Shown here: positions 11,828 through 21,188 of the stretch, piece after piece | Layout of the letters: every line of letters begins with the position of its first letter | Position numbering within the stretch: position 1 is the first letter of the stretch | Assembly (NCBI GenBank): GCA_963811105.1 | Contig: CAWEPZ010000011.1 | Location: 128,001-192,000, forward strand | Reading direction: 5' to 3' | Length of the DNA: 64,000 nt | DNA from: Candidatus Bathyarchaeota archaeon | GTDB lineage: Archaea > Thermoproteota > Bathyarchaeia > Bathyarchaeales > Bathycorpusculaceae | Position numbers and translations under genes: made by a program | The notes under the pieces: model-generated | What the model was told of the DNA's origin: nothing | The model's database searches: none | Seen by the model: only the letters and a program-made list of their open reading frames with translations

Positions 11828-12502
11828 CTATGCTTTGCATGAGGCTTTAAATTCGAGCCAGGCTTGGTCGAACTCTTTTATAGTGTCCTCGGTCTTCTGG
11901 TGGAATGGCATCTGCTGAAGAACTTTAGGCGTGATAGTTATAATGTGCGCTCCTGCCGCGGCTGCTTCAGCCACATCCTCGGGTTTACGTATGCTACCAA
12001 CGATAATTTTGGTTTGCAAACCGCTCTCTTCGATTATGCGTTTAGAATCTTGAATAACTTTAACTGGGTCGCCGCCTGCATCTCGCACTCGACAGTAGAA
12101 TATGCTTGCGTAAGTTGCACCTGACAAGGCTGCTAAAACAACTTGGTTAGCGGTCATGAGACAAGTGACGTTTGTCTTGATTCTTTCTTTATGAAGCTTG
12201 CTAGCCAGCACAAGCCCGCGCCCGCTCGCCCACATTGGGATCTTTATGACAATATTTTTGGGGTTCCAACTAGAGTATTCTTTAGCTTCAGCAATCAGTG
12301 CCTCGTCGCTTTCATTGGTTTTAGTAACTTCTATGCTAAGCGGTACATCAATCGCTGAGAGGATTTCTTTCACTCGGTCTTTGAAGTTTATTCCTTTTTC
12401 ACAAGAGAATATTTTTTGGTTAGTGGTAACGCCACTTATGACGCCCCACGGCAGATAATCTTTTATTTCTTTTACACTTGCTGTGTCAATGAATATTTCC
12501 AT
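11828..12502 (-). CDS. tal: Transaldolase (TalC/MipB-size)
   Basis: IFIDTA, GVTTN, SIEV, VIKIP (Schiff-base Lys), NVT, GSIR. Confidence 0.88.
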   Translation of the reverse strand: MEIFIDTASVKEIKDYLPWGVISGVTTNQKIFSCEKGINFKDRVKEILSAIDVPLSIEVTKTNESDEALIAEAKEYSSWNPKNIVIKIPMWASGRGLVLASKLHKERIKTNVTCLMTANQVVLAALSGATYASIFYCRVRDAGGDPVKVIQDSKRIIEESGLQTKIIVGSIRKPEDVAEAAAAGAHIITITPKVLQQMPFHQKTEDTIKEFDQAWLEFKASCKA

Positions 12503-13096
12503 TTTTCACTCACATCTTTTTCAATAATTTTAGACGCGTCAAACAGGCTAGGCGTAATGATATCAGGCTTAACCGCCATGGTTTCCATGAGCCTGCATAA
12601 GTCACACTTTACTGCCCCAATCAAAATTGATATGCACCCAACAGCCTTCCCAGCCTTAATATCCATAAGCCCGTCGCCAACCATATAGCATTTTGAGGTA
12701 TCCAACCCAAAATCCGCCTTCGCCTTCAAAAGCATACCAGGCTTAGGCTTGCGACAGTCACATACAACTTTGAATTGTATGCCTTTTTGCATGCGGATGG
12801 TGGAAACAGTAATACTCAGCGTCCACATGAGCCTTTTTCTTCCCAAGCAACAACTTCATTTCTAAGCGAACTTTCTCAAACAACTCCTCAGACATCTTAC
12901 CCTTGGCAATAGCGGGTTGATTAGAAACCACAATGACCTTCAAACCTAAACGATTAAACGTCTTAATCGCCTCGGATGCACCCGCTATCAACTTGAACTG
13001 TGCAGGATTTAGAGGGGAATCTATAGTCCCAAACTCGGGGAAATAGACCATCTTGTTAATTACGCCGTCACGATCCAAAAATACTGCGTCTGTTAT
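12472..13096 (-). CDS. gmhB: D-glycero-D-manno-heptose-1,7-bisphosphate phosphatase (HAD; frameshift near 12770-12790)
   Basis: AVFLDRDGVIN, VVSNQ, YYCFHHP; CDCRKPKPGML, MVGD in the second frame. Confidence 0.88.
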
Positions 13097-13248
13097 TTGC
13101 TATTACATCCAATATCCGAATCTATTACTTCAAGAACCTCAAAGATAGTGTACTTTAATCCAGCCTTATCTAAATACTTCTTAAGCTGGACACGAACTTG
13201 AGCTGAATCCTTATCAGCATCATCTATCCAAACAATAGTACGTTTCAT
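13093..13248 (-). CDS. Small hypothetical protein, 51 aa (not in the ORF track)
   Basis: Read by hand: MKRTIVWIDDADKDSAQVRVQLKKYLDKAGLKYTIFEVLEVIDSDIGCNSK*. It fills the gap between gmhA and gmhB exactly, with the ATG 1 nt after the gmhA stop. Confidence 0.55.
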   Translation of the reverse strand: MKRTIVWIDDADKDSAQVRVQLKKYLDKAGLKYTIFEVLEVIDSDIGCNSK

Positions 13249-13249
13249 T

Positions 13250-13852
13250 TTAAACCGTCTCCATTATTGCTTGACGAAGGCCATCGCAAAGCATATGGGT
13301 TAAACACGCATGGAACCCCTCAACCTGAGGAGTAGAATTAACTGGAGCCACAATACAGGCGTCCGCAACTTGCTTTAAAGCGCCCCCGTCAAAACCGGCT
13401 AAACCAATGAGTTTGCCGCCGTTCTCTTGAACAAACTTTCCTGCCTTCAACAGATTCTGCGACCAGACCCCAGCCTTATCAGCGCCCGAACCGCCATGAA
13501 CACTAATAACTACAAGCACATCGCCCTTATTCATCAGGTTCCGAAGCTGCTCATAATAAACACTATCCCAACCCAAATCATTAGTAAGCGCTGAAACCAA
13601 CGGAATATTATCATTCAGACAAACAGCTCTAAACCGCCGCTTACCCTCAACCGCCGTATACTTCGCCAAATCACACGTAAAATGCGTCGCTGTCGAAGCT
13701 GAACCGCCATTGCCAGCAATAAACACCTGCTTATCATTCTTCCAAGCTTCAAAAAGCAAATCCATAACTTTCACAATATCGTCTTGCGAAACCCGTTTAG
13801 CAACGGCTTCCAATTCCACAAGATAATCCATAACAAATTTTTCCTTATTCAT
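13250..13852 (-). CDS. gmhA: Phosphoheptose isomerase (SIS domain)
   Basis: GNGGSASTATHF, ALTND, GDVLVVIS, QVEGFH. Confidence 0.88.
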   Translation of the reverse strand: MNKEKFVMDYLVELEAVAKRVSQDDIVKVMDLLFEAWKNDKQVFIAGNGGSASTATHFTCDLAKYTAVEGKRRFRAVCLNDNIPLVSALTNDLGWDSVYYEQLRNLMNKGDVLVVISVHGGSGADKAGVWSQNLLKAGKFVQENGGKLIGLAGFDGGALKQVADACIVAPVNSTPQVEGFHACLTHMLCDGLRQAIMETV

Positions 13853-13860
13853 ACAATCAC

Positions 13861-14844
13861 CTAAACATTAAGCGAAATCGTCGAACCATGAGGTTCAAAA
13901 TTAAAAGAAATTTCCCGCAAACCTTCCTTAGCCATGGCCTTGCGAATCTTGTCCTTACAGCTCTCACAATAAAACATTAAAAATCCTCCACCCCCGGCCC
14001 CCATTAATTTGCCCCCTAAAGCACCGTTCTGCAAACCTAACTCATACCAACGGTCAATCAAGCCATTAGAAATGGCACCTGAAGTCGCTTTCTTAACCTG
14101 CCAATGCTCATCCTGCAACCTGCCAAACTCCGAAATATCCCCTCCCTCCAACGCCTTCTTAACCCTAAAACCAATTTCCTTAATCGTATGCATTGCATCC
14201 AAAGCCTTAGACCTATCTATCTTGACATTAGTGCTTTGATCCTGCAAAACACCTGTTGAACTACGCTCGATACCCGTGTAGAAATAAAGTAAACTATTCT
14301 CCAAGTCACGCACCGTATCCTCAGGAATATTCAAATGCGTAACCTCCACCCGACCGTTTCTTTGGATATTTAGGCAGACAAAGCCGCCGAAAGCCGCGAT
14401 AAATGTGTCTTGATAACCGCATGGCTCCTTCAGAATATTCATCTGAACAGCACATGCCTCCTCGGCAAGGGTCTGCCTAGACAAAAACTCATCCTTATAC
14501 GTGTGAAGCGCATGCAAAAGCCCAACAGTGAAACAACTCGAAGACCCCAACCCAGTCTTCGAAGGAACCTCAGCAATAGAAATAATCTCCAAGTTACTTT
14601 TCAAACCAAGCAGCTTCAACGATTCCCTGATAACAGGATGCTTGATACTATCAACTGGAGAAGTAATCTCAGTTATCGAATAGCTTGCCCTAACAGGCTC
14701 CTCAAACCGGCTATTAACCACCAAATATATGTATTTATTAATAGCAGAAGTGACAACAAACCCGCCATACTGATCACTATAAGAAGGCAAATCTGTTCCT
14801 CCGCCGCCCAAAGTCAAACGAAGAGGAGTCTTACTAACAATCAA
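13861..14844 (-). CDS. hddA: D-glycero-alpha-D-manno-heptose-7-phosphate kinase (GHMP family)
   Basis: TPLRLTLGGGGTD, GLGSS, GYQD, GGKLMGAGGGGF. Confidence 0.85.
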   Translation of the reverse strand: MIVSKTPLRLTLGGGGTDLPSYSDQYGGFVVTSAINKYIYLVVNSRFEEPVRASYSITEITSPVDSIKHPVIRESLKLLGLKSNLEIISIAEVPSKTGLGSSSCFTVGLLHALHTYKDEFLSRQTLAEEACAVQMNILKEPCGYQDTFIAAFGGFVCLNIQRNGRVEVTHLNIPEDTVRDLENSLLYFYTGIERSSTGVLQDQSTNVKIDRSKALDAMHTIKEIGFRVKKALEGGDISEFGRLQDEHWQVKKATSGAISNGLIDRWYELGLQNGALGGKLMGAGGGGFLMFYCESCKDKIRKAMAKEGLREISFNFEPHGSTISLNV

Positions 14845-14846
14845 GC

Positions 14847-15302
14847 TTAATGTAACCGACCATTATTCAACTGAGTAACCGCCAAGTATCTAGCAAACCC
14901 GGCGTCATCAGCCCAACGAGTCGCCAAATGGTTACCCAAGCCAACTGCCATAGCGCTAACTTTTCGAGCTAAAGAGAAACCAACCGTCCTCACCAACCGA
15001 TCCACCAGACCTTCCCTCGCAAGCTTAAGCTTTTCGATTATGGCCGTCACCACATTGGCCAGCGTAGCACTCCTAATGCAATCAACGTATCTTACGGTGA
15101 GATCCAATATGCCTCTCTCAACTCTGCTTAAGGCTCTATACCAAATTCTACCTCTAAGGGCAGCCTTTTTGATAATTAAGATTCGAGCTACAGGGCACAC
15201 ATTGCTTTGCTGACTTTCAACTGCGCCTTTGGGAACCGCTCGCTTTAAAAACGAAGGCGCCACCCTTAACCTTGCCATGCCCCGTCCTTCACCGAACGCC
15301 AT
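14847..15302 (-). CDS. Basic hypothetical protein heading the glycan operon
   Basis: Intact ORF ending 2 nt before hddA; Arg-rich (RGRIWYRALSRVERGILDL); TATA-like sequence upstream. Confidence 0.65.
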   Translation of the reverse strand: MAFGEGRGMARLRVAPSFLKRAVPKGAVESQQSNVCPVARILIIKKAALRGRIWYRALSRVERGILDLTVRYVDCIRSATLANVVTAIIEKLKLAREGLVDRLVRTVGFSLARKVSAMAVGLGNHLATRWADDAGFARYLAVTQLNNGRLH

Positions 15303-15678
15303 ATTAGAGATAAAAGCTTATATGTATAATGAATTAACGAATGGAAGATAATAAATAATATTATGATTTGATAAAAGCTAATAACTATGAACATTTCAAA
15401 TGAAAAACTTAACTATTGTGAAATCAGTGAGTAAAGTGCCAAGTCTGCAGGTTAGAAGTAGTGGAATCATTCCCGCAAAACCTTAGACAAGACCTTATTC
15501 TATGTTCTAAAGAAATGCTATATCATACATAGACCAATAGAAGTTTTCCTCAATCCACGGTAAGATATAATCGTTTTCAAAATATAATGAATTACAAAAG
15601 CCTGCAAAAAGTTGCCAATAAATCAATTGCTCAAATCAACTTCACTAACCATTTTTTCTGTGCACATCGGCGATTTTC

Positions 15679-15770
15679 GGATCCGACCCCCAATTTACCA
15701 ACGAAAATAGTGAAGTAATAAATCAAAGATATTGAATAAACGTTGTAGGTTATAATCCCAGCGACCCCAC
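15679..15770. repeat. tRNA-3'-end-derived intergenic element, copy 1
   Basis: ggatccgacccccaatttaccaacgaaaat (inverted T-arm plus arm) ... taaatcaaa ... ggttataatcccagcgaccccac (T-loop plus acceptor 3' strand). Confidence 0.65.
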
Positions 15771-15858
15771 TTTACCCACTTCTTACTCGTTCTTGAATTG
15801 ATATAAAGACTCTCGAGCAATAGTAGCTTGAATAAAAAGGGGAAAATATTTCTTCTAT

Positions 15859-16414
15859 CTAAATTCTCGTGATGAGGTCTTTTGCCCAGTTTCGAATTGC
15901 ATTCCAGTCTCTTGTATCGTAGTTTCCGTTTGTCTCCTTGAACCCTGCCGCTTCCAGTTGCTGCTTGGCCATTGGCTTAGCTTTTCCTGCCCACCAAGGC
16001 CATTTATCGAAGTCATAGACGCCGCCAAACAAGCCTAAGGCAACGGGTTGTAGGTTGTACTTTACGGCTTTTTCCTGAAGATACTTCTTTTTGGCCTGTT
16101 TCGACTTCTTCAGGTTTTCCCTCACGCTCAGCTATTGCTTGTGCACCAGCCGAAACAAAGATGGCTATCTTCCTTGCCTTCAACTCCTTCTGGAATTTCT
16201 TCAGAAAGTCTTCCGGTTCGCCTGTCCACCTGAAAATTTGGATTCCACTACCGACAATTACAAGATCGTATTCTGAGATGTCTTTGACTTTTTCCTCTTT
16301 AGCATTGACCACTCGGACTTCAAGGCCTTCTTTTCTCAATATTGAAGCGATTTCCAGGGATGTGCTGGCTGTAGCTCCGTATCTTGTGCCGTAAACAATC
16401 AAAGCTTTGTCCAA
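15859..16414 (-). CDS. Flavodoxin-domain protein (HemG-like; frameshift near 16100)
   Basis: IVYGTRYGAT, YDLVIVGSGI; second frame LFGGVYD...YDTRDWNAIRNWA. Confidence 0.85.
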
Positions 16415-16812
16415 TAGTCAACGCCTCCACTTTTTGCTCCCTTGAAATTGAGCACTATCGCGATTACTCCTGCTGCAATCCCGAACAATGGCGGAACTAT
16501 GCCTCCACCGACAAGAAGCATTCCGACTGTAAGCAAAATAAGAACTAAACCACCGCGTTTTCTTGAAATGAATTTGGCAGCCCAAACTGCTAGCAAAACA
16601 CCGATGATTATTGTTAATATGCCAGTTACCAGAAGGTTTGGAATAATAGTCATCGCAGGTTCACCACCTAACGCTGTCAAGCTGGGCCAAGCTTTAAACA
16701 CAATATTGCTCGGAGCCACATTACCCTGAAGCATTGCGCCAGGTCCATGAGATGCACCACTGAGTCCCGTGAAAATACCAAGAGCTGAGGCTGCAACCTT
16801 AAGTTTATTCAT
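16399..16812 (-). CDS. Small integral membrane protein (~4 TM)
   Basis: Hydrophobic helices; overlaps its neighbours in an operon. Confidence 0.75.
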   Translation of the reverse strand: MNKLKVAASALGIFTGLSGASHGPGAMLQGNVAPSNIVFKAWPSLTALGGEPAMTIIPNLLVTGILTIIIGVLLAVWAAKFISRKRGGLVLILLTVGMLLVGGGIVPPLFGIAAGVIAIVLNFKGAKSGGVDYWTKL

Positions 16813-17099
16813 GCTTTCACCGCCATTTGCTTTTGTTCAGATGTTTTCTTGATATCGTCTACTCCAAGGTCAAGCCGAAGAACACCGTTTTTTCCCACAA
16901 CCTCCAAAACAACACCTTCCGCAAACGATGCTTGCAATAGTTCACCTATTGTACCCTCGATAAGGACGCTGTCGCTAGAGCCGTTGGTCAAGGTTACGTT
17001 CTTAAGACTATTTTTAGACTTGAGCTCCACAGAGAATACACGTTCTTTGTCACTTTTGCTATACATTTTGATTTTCCTCAGCAATCTTGAAGTCGCCAA
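16809..17099 (-). CDS. Hypothetical protein
   Basis: FSVELKSK...VLIEGTIGEL...GVLRLDL; first gene of the operon divergent from the regulator. Confidence 0.7.
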   Translation of the reverse strand: MATSRLLRKIKMYSKSDKERVFSVELKSKNSLKNVTLTNGSSDSVLIEGTIGELLQASFAEGVVLEVVGKNGVLRLDLGVDDIKKTSEQKQMAVKA

Positions 17100-17174
17100 A
17101 TGTGATTAGTTTTATTTGACGAAGACGCTAAGAAGTAAGTATCAGTGTGAAAACCTTAGCACCGGTGTTAAGAA

Positions 17175-17921
17175 ATGGAGAATGATTCAGGAGTAGAAAA
17201 GTTGTTTTTTGAACTCGCAAGTGAAACCAGGCTTGACATATTGCGGGAACTAAAGAACGAAAATCTGAAAATGCAGGAAATCGCGCGCCGATTAGATGTG
17301 ACTGCAACAGAAGCTTTCAGGCAACTGGAACGTTTGAGCAATGCGCTGCTCGTTCAGAGACAGCCTAATGGTACATTTGCCCTCGCTGAGTATGGCAAAC
17401 TGGTGCTTCAACTTTCATCTTCCATAGAGTTTGCCTCCAAGCACAAAGAATACTTCTCAACGCATGACATAACTCGGCTTCCCACCCAATTTGTGAACAG
17501 GTTAGGCGAGTTGGGGCAAGCGAACTTGATCATGGATACTGTTGAGACCTTGAACAAGGCTCAGCGGGCGTTTATAGAAGCTGAGGAATATGGCTGGGGA
17601 ATAGCAGAGGGCACCATCCCCGAACAGATGGGACCAATAATGGATGAAGTTATCCGGAATGGTGTAAAACTCCGCTTTCTCATTCCCGAAACTCGGCTTC
17701 CAACCAGTTCAAGCCTGCCTCCATCAGTGAAGAACGTGGAAATGAGAGGTCTCTTAGATCTTCCCGCAATAGTTGTTCTCACTAAAAAAGAAGGAGCTGT
17801 TTGTTTTCGTCAAGTTGGAGGAAGAGTGGATTATGCGGGCTTTTTCGGAAAAGATCCAGCGTTCCTCAATTGGGTTAAAGATCTGTTCCTTTACTATTGG
17901 GATGAAGGAAAACGAGCTTAA
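17175..17921 (+). CDS. ArsR-type winged-helix transcriptional regulator with C-terminal effector domain
   Basis: LASETRLDIL...MQEIARRL HTH; C-terminus WVKDLFLYYW typical of archaeal DUF1724-like regulators. Confidence 0.82.
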   Translation: MENDSGVEKLFFELASETRLDILRELKNENLKMQEIARRLDVTATEAFRQLERLSNALLVQRQPNGTFALAEYGKLVLQLSSSIEFASKHKEYFSTHDITRLPTQFVNRLGELGQANLIMDTVETLNKAQRAFIEAEEYGWGIAEGTIPEQMGPIMDEVIRNGVKLRFLIPETRLPTSSSLPPSVKNVEMRGLLDLPAIVVLTKKEGAVCFRQVGGRVDYAGFFGKDPAFLNWVKDLFLYYWDEGKRA

Positions 17922-18152
17922 CTCACTGAAAGTGTTTCCGGTACTTGAACTAATTCGGTCTACGACCCGCAGCCCAACTCTTTGCTCCCAACCAAAGTAA
18001 ACCTGCGGTAAACCATTTCATTTGAATTATGTGTCGTTTTTGTGCGTAAACGTCCGCCATAAAACTAGAATTTCAAACATTTAATGTTTATATCTTAAGA
18101 TACAATATACATGTGTTATAGACAAGATAATACATAAGGAATGAGTTAGCAC

Positions 18153-18416
18153 ATGGAGTTTACAAGCAGCAAACAAAAAGTGTGGGTCAGTAGAATTTCT
18201 AATGTTTTCCATAATTCTAAAACGAATCAGTCCCTTGAAGAGAAGTATGCAGTTGTAATTGATTATAATGTTGACAAACAAGCATCACCTAACAACCAGA
18301 AAACACATACTTCAAATGAGTGGAACAATCTCCAAGAAGGTTTGAAGTATCAAAACGAAGTTGAGCGAAAAAGAGGAATAGCCGAAGCCTACCGATTCTT
18401 AACACCACCAAAATAA
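18153..18416 (+). CDS. Hypothetical protein
   Basis: ATG-started 87-aa ORF after gagt SD-like sequence; no recognisable domain. Confidence 0.5.
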   Translation: MEFTSSKQKVWVSRISNVFHNSKTNQSLEEKYAVVIDYNVDKQASPNNQKTHTSNEWNNLQEGLKYQNEVERKRGIAEAYRFLTPPK

Positions 18417-18663
18417 AGGCTCAAAGCGTTCATTCCACTGAACAATAAAATTGTCTCTCCATTGAATGGGGCGTTGATGATCCTTTGTCTTTTCAGAATT
18501 TGGACGGCTCGGCTGGAAAAGAAGCAATCATAGCGTCATAAGGCACAATGTGTTTGATAAGCAACAATATTTAGGCAGAATAAACACAATTGAGCCCGTT
18601 ACTTATTATTGCGATGTTAAAATCGTGAAAACCTTAAATCTTACATTATGTCTTACATAACGT

Positions 18664-18888
18664 ATGACAATGAAGACAGTAAGCGTAAGAATATCTGAAG
18701 AAGAAAAGCGCCAACTAAAGAAGTATGGTAAACTATCAGATACACTTAGGGAAGGCATGAAACTCTACCTAAACAAAAAGAAATCCGATGAGTTGCTATG
18801 CAAACTGGAAAAACTACAATCCGAAAGCAAAATAAAAACCTCAATTGAGGAAGAAGTGAAACTGATTCGAGAGGATAGAGAACGCTGA
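18664..18888 (+). CDS. vapB: RHH-type antitoxin
   Basis: MKTVSVRISEE RHH motif; ends LIREDRER as in archaeal VapB; TATA-like cttaaat upstream. Confidence 0.82.
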   Translation: MTMKTVSVRISEEEKRQLKKYGKLSDTLREGMKLYLNKKKSDELLCKLEKLQSESKIKTSIEEEVKLIREDRER

Positions 18889-19268
18889 TAGTTGCCGACA
18901 GCAGCTACATAGTTGAAGGCCTCCTTAAGAATAGGGAACTACTTGCGGTTGAACAGATTGTGGCTCCTGAGTTAGTTGTCTATGAAGTTGCAAACGCTAT
19001 TTGGAAGCATGAACATCTTTTGAAAGACGTAGAAAACGGTAAACAATACTTATCAATTTTCTATGGTCTAATAGAAGCTGGAAAAATAAAGATCCTAACC
19101 CCAAACGAAGAGTTGATGCAGGAATCATATTCAATCGCAAAAAGGCAAGAAATTGCGGTATACGACGCAGTTTTCGTTTCTTTGGCAAATAAATTAGGAT
19201 TAACCTTAAAAAGTTATGACAGAGTTCAAATTCGAGCTCTAAAATCTGAGAATAACCGCCGTCGATAA
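18885..19268 (+). CDS. vapC: PIN-domain toxin VapC (probable CTG start overlapping the antitoxin stop)
   Basis: In-frame extension upstream of 18960 reads (L)IVADSSYIVEG, supplying the first PIN Asp; then YEVANAIWK, AVYDAVFV, SYD. Confidence 0.85.
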   Translation: MIVADSSYIVEGLLKNRELLAVEQIVAPELVVYEVANAIWKHEHLLKDVENGKQYLSIFYGLIEAGKIKILTPNEELMQESYSIAKRQEIAVYDAVFVSLANKLGLTLKSYDRVQIRALKSENNRRR

Positions 19269-19535
19269 CTTAGCACCGTAGAGCGCTAACAGTCCAAGGC
19301 GTATTAAAAGTCTCAGAATCAGGAAACGGACTAGTCAGCGGCACTCAGAAAACGAACTAATAGTAAACAAAGAAAGACAACTGCAACCATAGCGAAAGTA
19401 AAATCAACTGAAGTAGAGCCGCTCTATCTCCGTTGAGGGAGCAAAATAAGAACAAGTCCCCAAGGGATATATGAATAAACCAGAATTATTCTAATTTAGT
19501 CATAATAACATCAAAGATAGCTCTAATTTGTAAAT

Positions 19536-19638
19536 TGGCGCCGGGAGGAGGGGCCCAGCACCTTTTTACCAGTAAAATTGTCTAAATCAAATTTTTTGTA
19601 TCCCAAAACATTATGAGTTCAAATCTCAACTGCCCCAC
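19536..19638. repeat. tRNA-3'-end-derived intergenic element, copy 2
   Basis: tggcgccgggagg (reverse complement ...CTCCCGGCGCCA) + ccagcacctttttaccagtaaaattgtctaaatcaaattttttgtat + tgagttcaaatctcaactgccccac. Confidence 0.75.
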
Positions 19639-19693
19639 TTTTCACACATTTTTAATAAGAAAACCCAATATTACCTTAAACTATCAAAAATTC

Positions 19694-19783
19694 ATGAGAA
19701 GCGAACGCTCTAGAATCACCATTCAACGATACAAAAATTCTTTATTACTGATAAATTGGAGTTCGAATCGCACTCCGGCATCA
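19694..19783. repeat. tRNA-3'-end-derived intergenic element, copy 3 (inverted relative to copy 2)
   Basis: gatacaaaaatt...ttactgataaattggagttcgaatcgcactccggcatca resembles the reverse complement of copy 2. Confidence 0.6.
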
Positions 19784-19791
19784 CAGTAATC

Positions 19792-20874
19792 TTATTTTGT
19801 GATTGATACCGACATTTCCATAAATCTGCTGTAATGTTTTGCTGCTGAAGCAATTGAACTTCTTTGTGTTGGGGTTAATGTCTTAAACAGGCTGAGCATA
19901 ATGACTATGTTGCTTTTCTTGAACGTACGCTTCCATGTTCCCACTACTTTGCCATCAATGATAATTGTGGGGTAGAAGATGCCGTTGTTGGATACTGCCT
20001 TCTTAAAATGAGGCTGTTCAATTGCAGCGGTTCGGTCGCTGTAGCCGAGGATATACTCATCGAAAGCTGGCAAAAGAAACGCCGTTGCTAACTCTTTTCC
20101 ATTTTCGGGCGTACTTTGGGGCATCCAATATCTTTTGCCTTCGATTGTTTCTGACATGAGCCGAGAAGACGCTGCTTCCAAAGCTATCTTCGCATCGGAC
20201 AGCTTCAACCCTGACCACCAAGCGAAATCCTCAAGCAACGCTGGACCCCGGCTTGAAAAGTAACAACGCGCAAGTTCACTCAACGCTTCTCCCTGTTGCA
20301 TACTCTTGCCTTTTGGTACATATTGATTTAGCAAAGCGAAAGTCTGCTCCTTGCCCTTTTGTGAACCAAAACAAATCAGCCCTTTCAGAGCTGCTCGCCA
20401 AAGAATATGGTAGCCCCGTTGGCCCTTGGGAGAAATACCTCCTTTTTCCAATACCTTAAACATTTCATCTCGAGTCAATTGCCCATTTTGCAGGGCTTCA
20501 ACAAATAGTTCCTCGGCCCGCATAAAAGTTGCCTCATCCAATTTCAGCTGACGGTGGCGTCCAGCCCTACTTGCAATAATTTGTGGCCCTAACAGCTCTA
20601 GCATCCAACGAACATCAGGGGCTGCTACGAAATGCAATGTGCCCCGTAACAGCCAAATTCGGACGATTGCCCTGTTAGTTATCGCTGATTCCACCTCTGG
20701 TAAAGTTACTTCTTTGGCGCGGAGACCAATAGCCCAGAGTGCCGCTTGATAATCTTGAGCCTGCATGGCGCCAAGCGAAGCGACAACTTCGCCGGGTTCT
20801 TCGGTAGCTGAATAAGCAATCTGGTGATTAATCAACCGAAGCTTGGCGACATCTTCGAGGTTCATGCCTATCAA
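19792..20874 (-). CDS. AlkZ-like (HTH_42) DNA glycosylase
   Basis: LGAMQAQD (QxQ motif), WLLRGTLH, GPA..EDFAWWSG, LLPAFDEYILGY, DGKVVGTW. Confidence 0.85.
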   Translation of the reverse strand: MIGMNLEDVAKLRLINHQIAYSATEEPGEVVASLGAMQAQDYQAALWAIGLRAKEVTLPEVESAITNRAIVRIWLLRGTLHFVAAPDVRWMLELLGPQIIASRAGRHRQLKLDEATFMRAEELFVEALQNGQLTRDEMFKVLEKGGISPKGQRGYHILWRAALKGLICFGSQKGKEQTFALLNQYVPKGKSMQQGEALSELARCYFSSRGPALLEDFAWWSGLKLSDAKIALEAASSRLMSETIEGKRYWMPQSTPENGKELATAFLLPAFDEYILGYSDRTAAIEQPHFKKAVSNNGIFYPTIIIDGKVVGTWKRTFKKSNIVIMLSLFKTLTPTQRSSIASAAKHYSRFMEMSVSITK

Positions 20875-21188
20875 TAAACTATTTGTCTGCTCTTTTTAAT
20901 AAAATAGCAGCTCGTCGAATTGGGAATTGAAAAAACAAGTTACTCCAAGAAATTTTTGGCTGTAATCATCAATTGAAATGATGCACTTAATTATTTAAGC
21001 GAATCCTGAATATTTCCTTCGCGATAAGTGAGCCGGACAGATCGTACCCCAACTTGTAGGTTTGGCCGTTAAATTCATGCTGCATGATTTTTTCCTCTGT
21101 TCTTTTTCTGCCGAAAGGTAAAAACACCGAAATTTGATAGCTTCATCCAAAGATTTGTCTATTTTTCTCAACATCCACTAATTTCTCA

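Noticed and set aside
2-13100. Stop-codon recoding explaining the split genes
   Set aside because: The continuations lie in different frames rather than behind in-frame stops.
2-16414. Dense frameshifts read as pseudogenisation, phase variation or programmed frameshifting
   Set aside because: The breaks I traced are frame changes, often near short homopolymers, with otherwise intact motifs, and they thin out along the window. This fits long-read consensus error better; it needs read-level checking.
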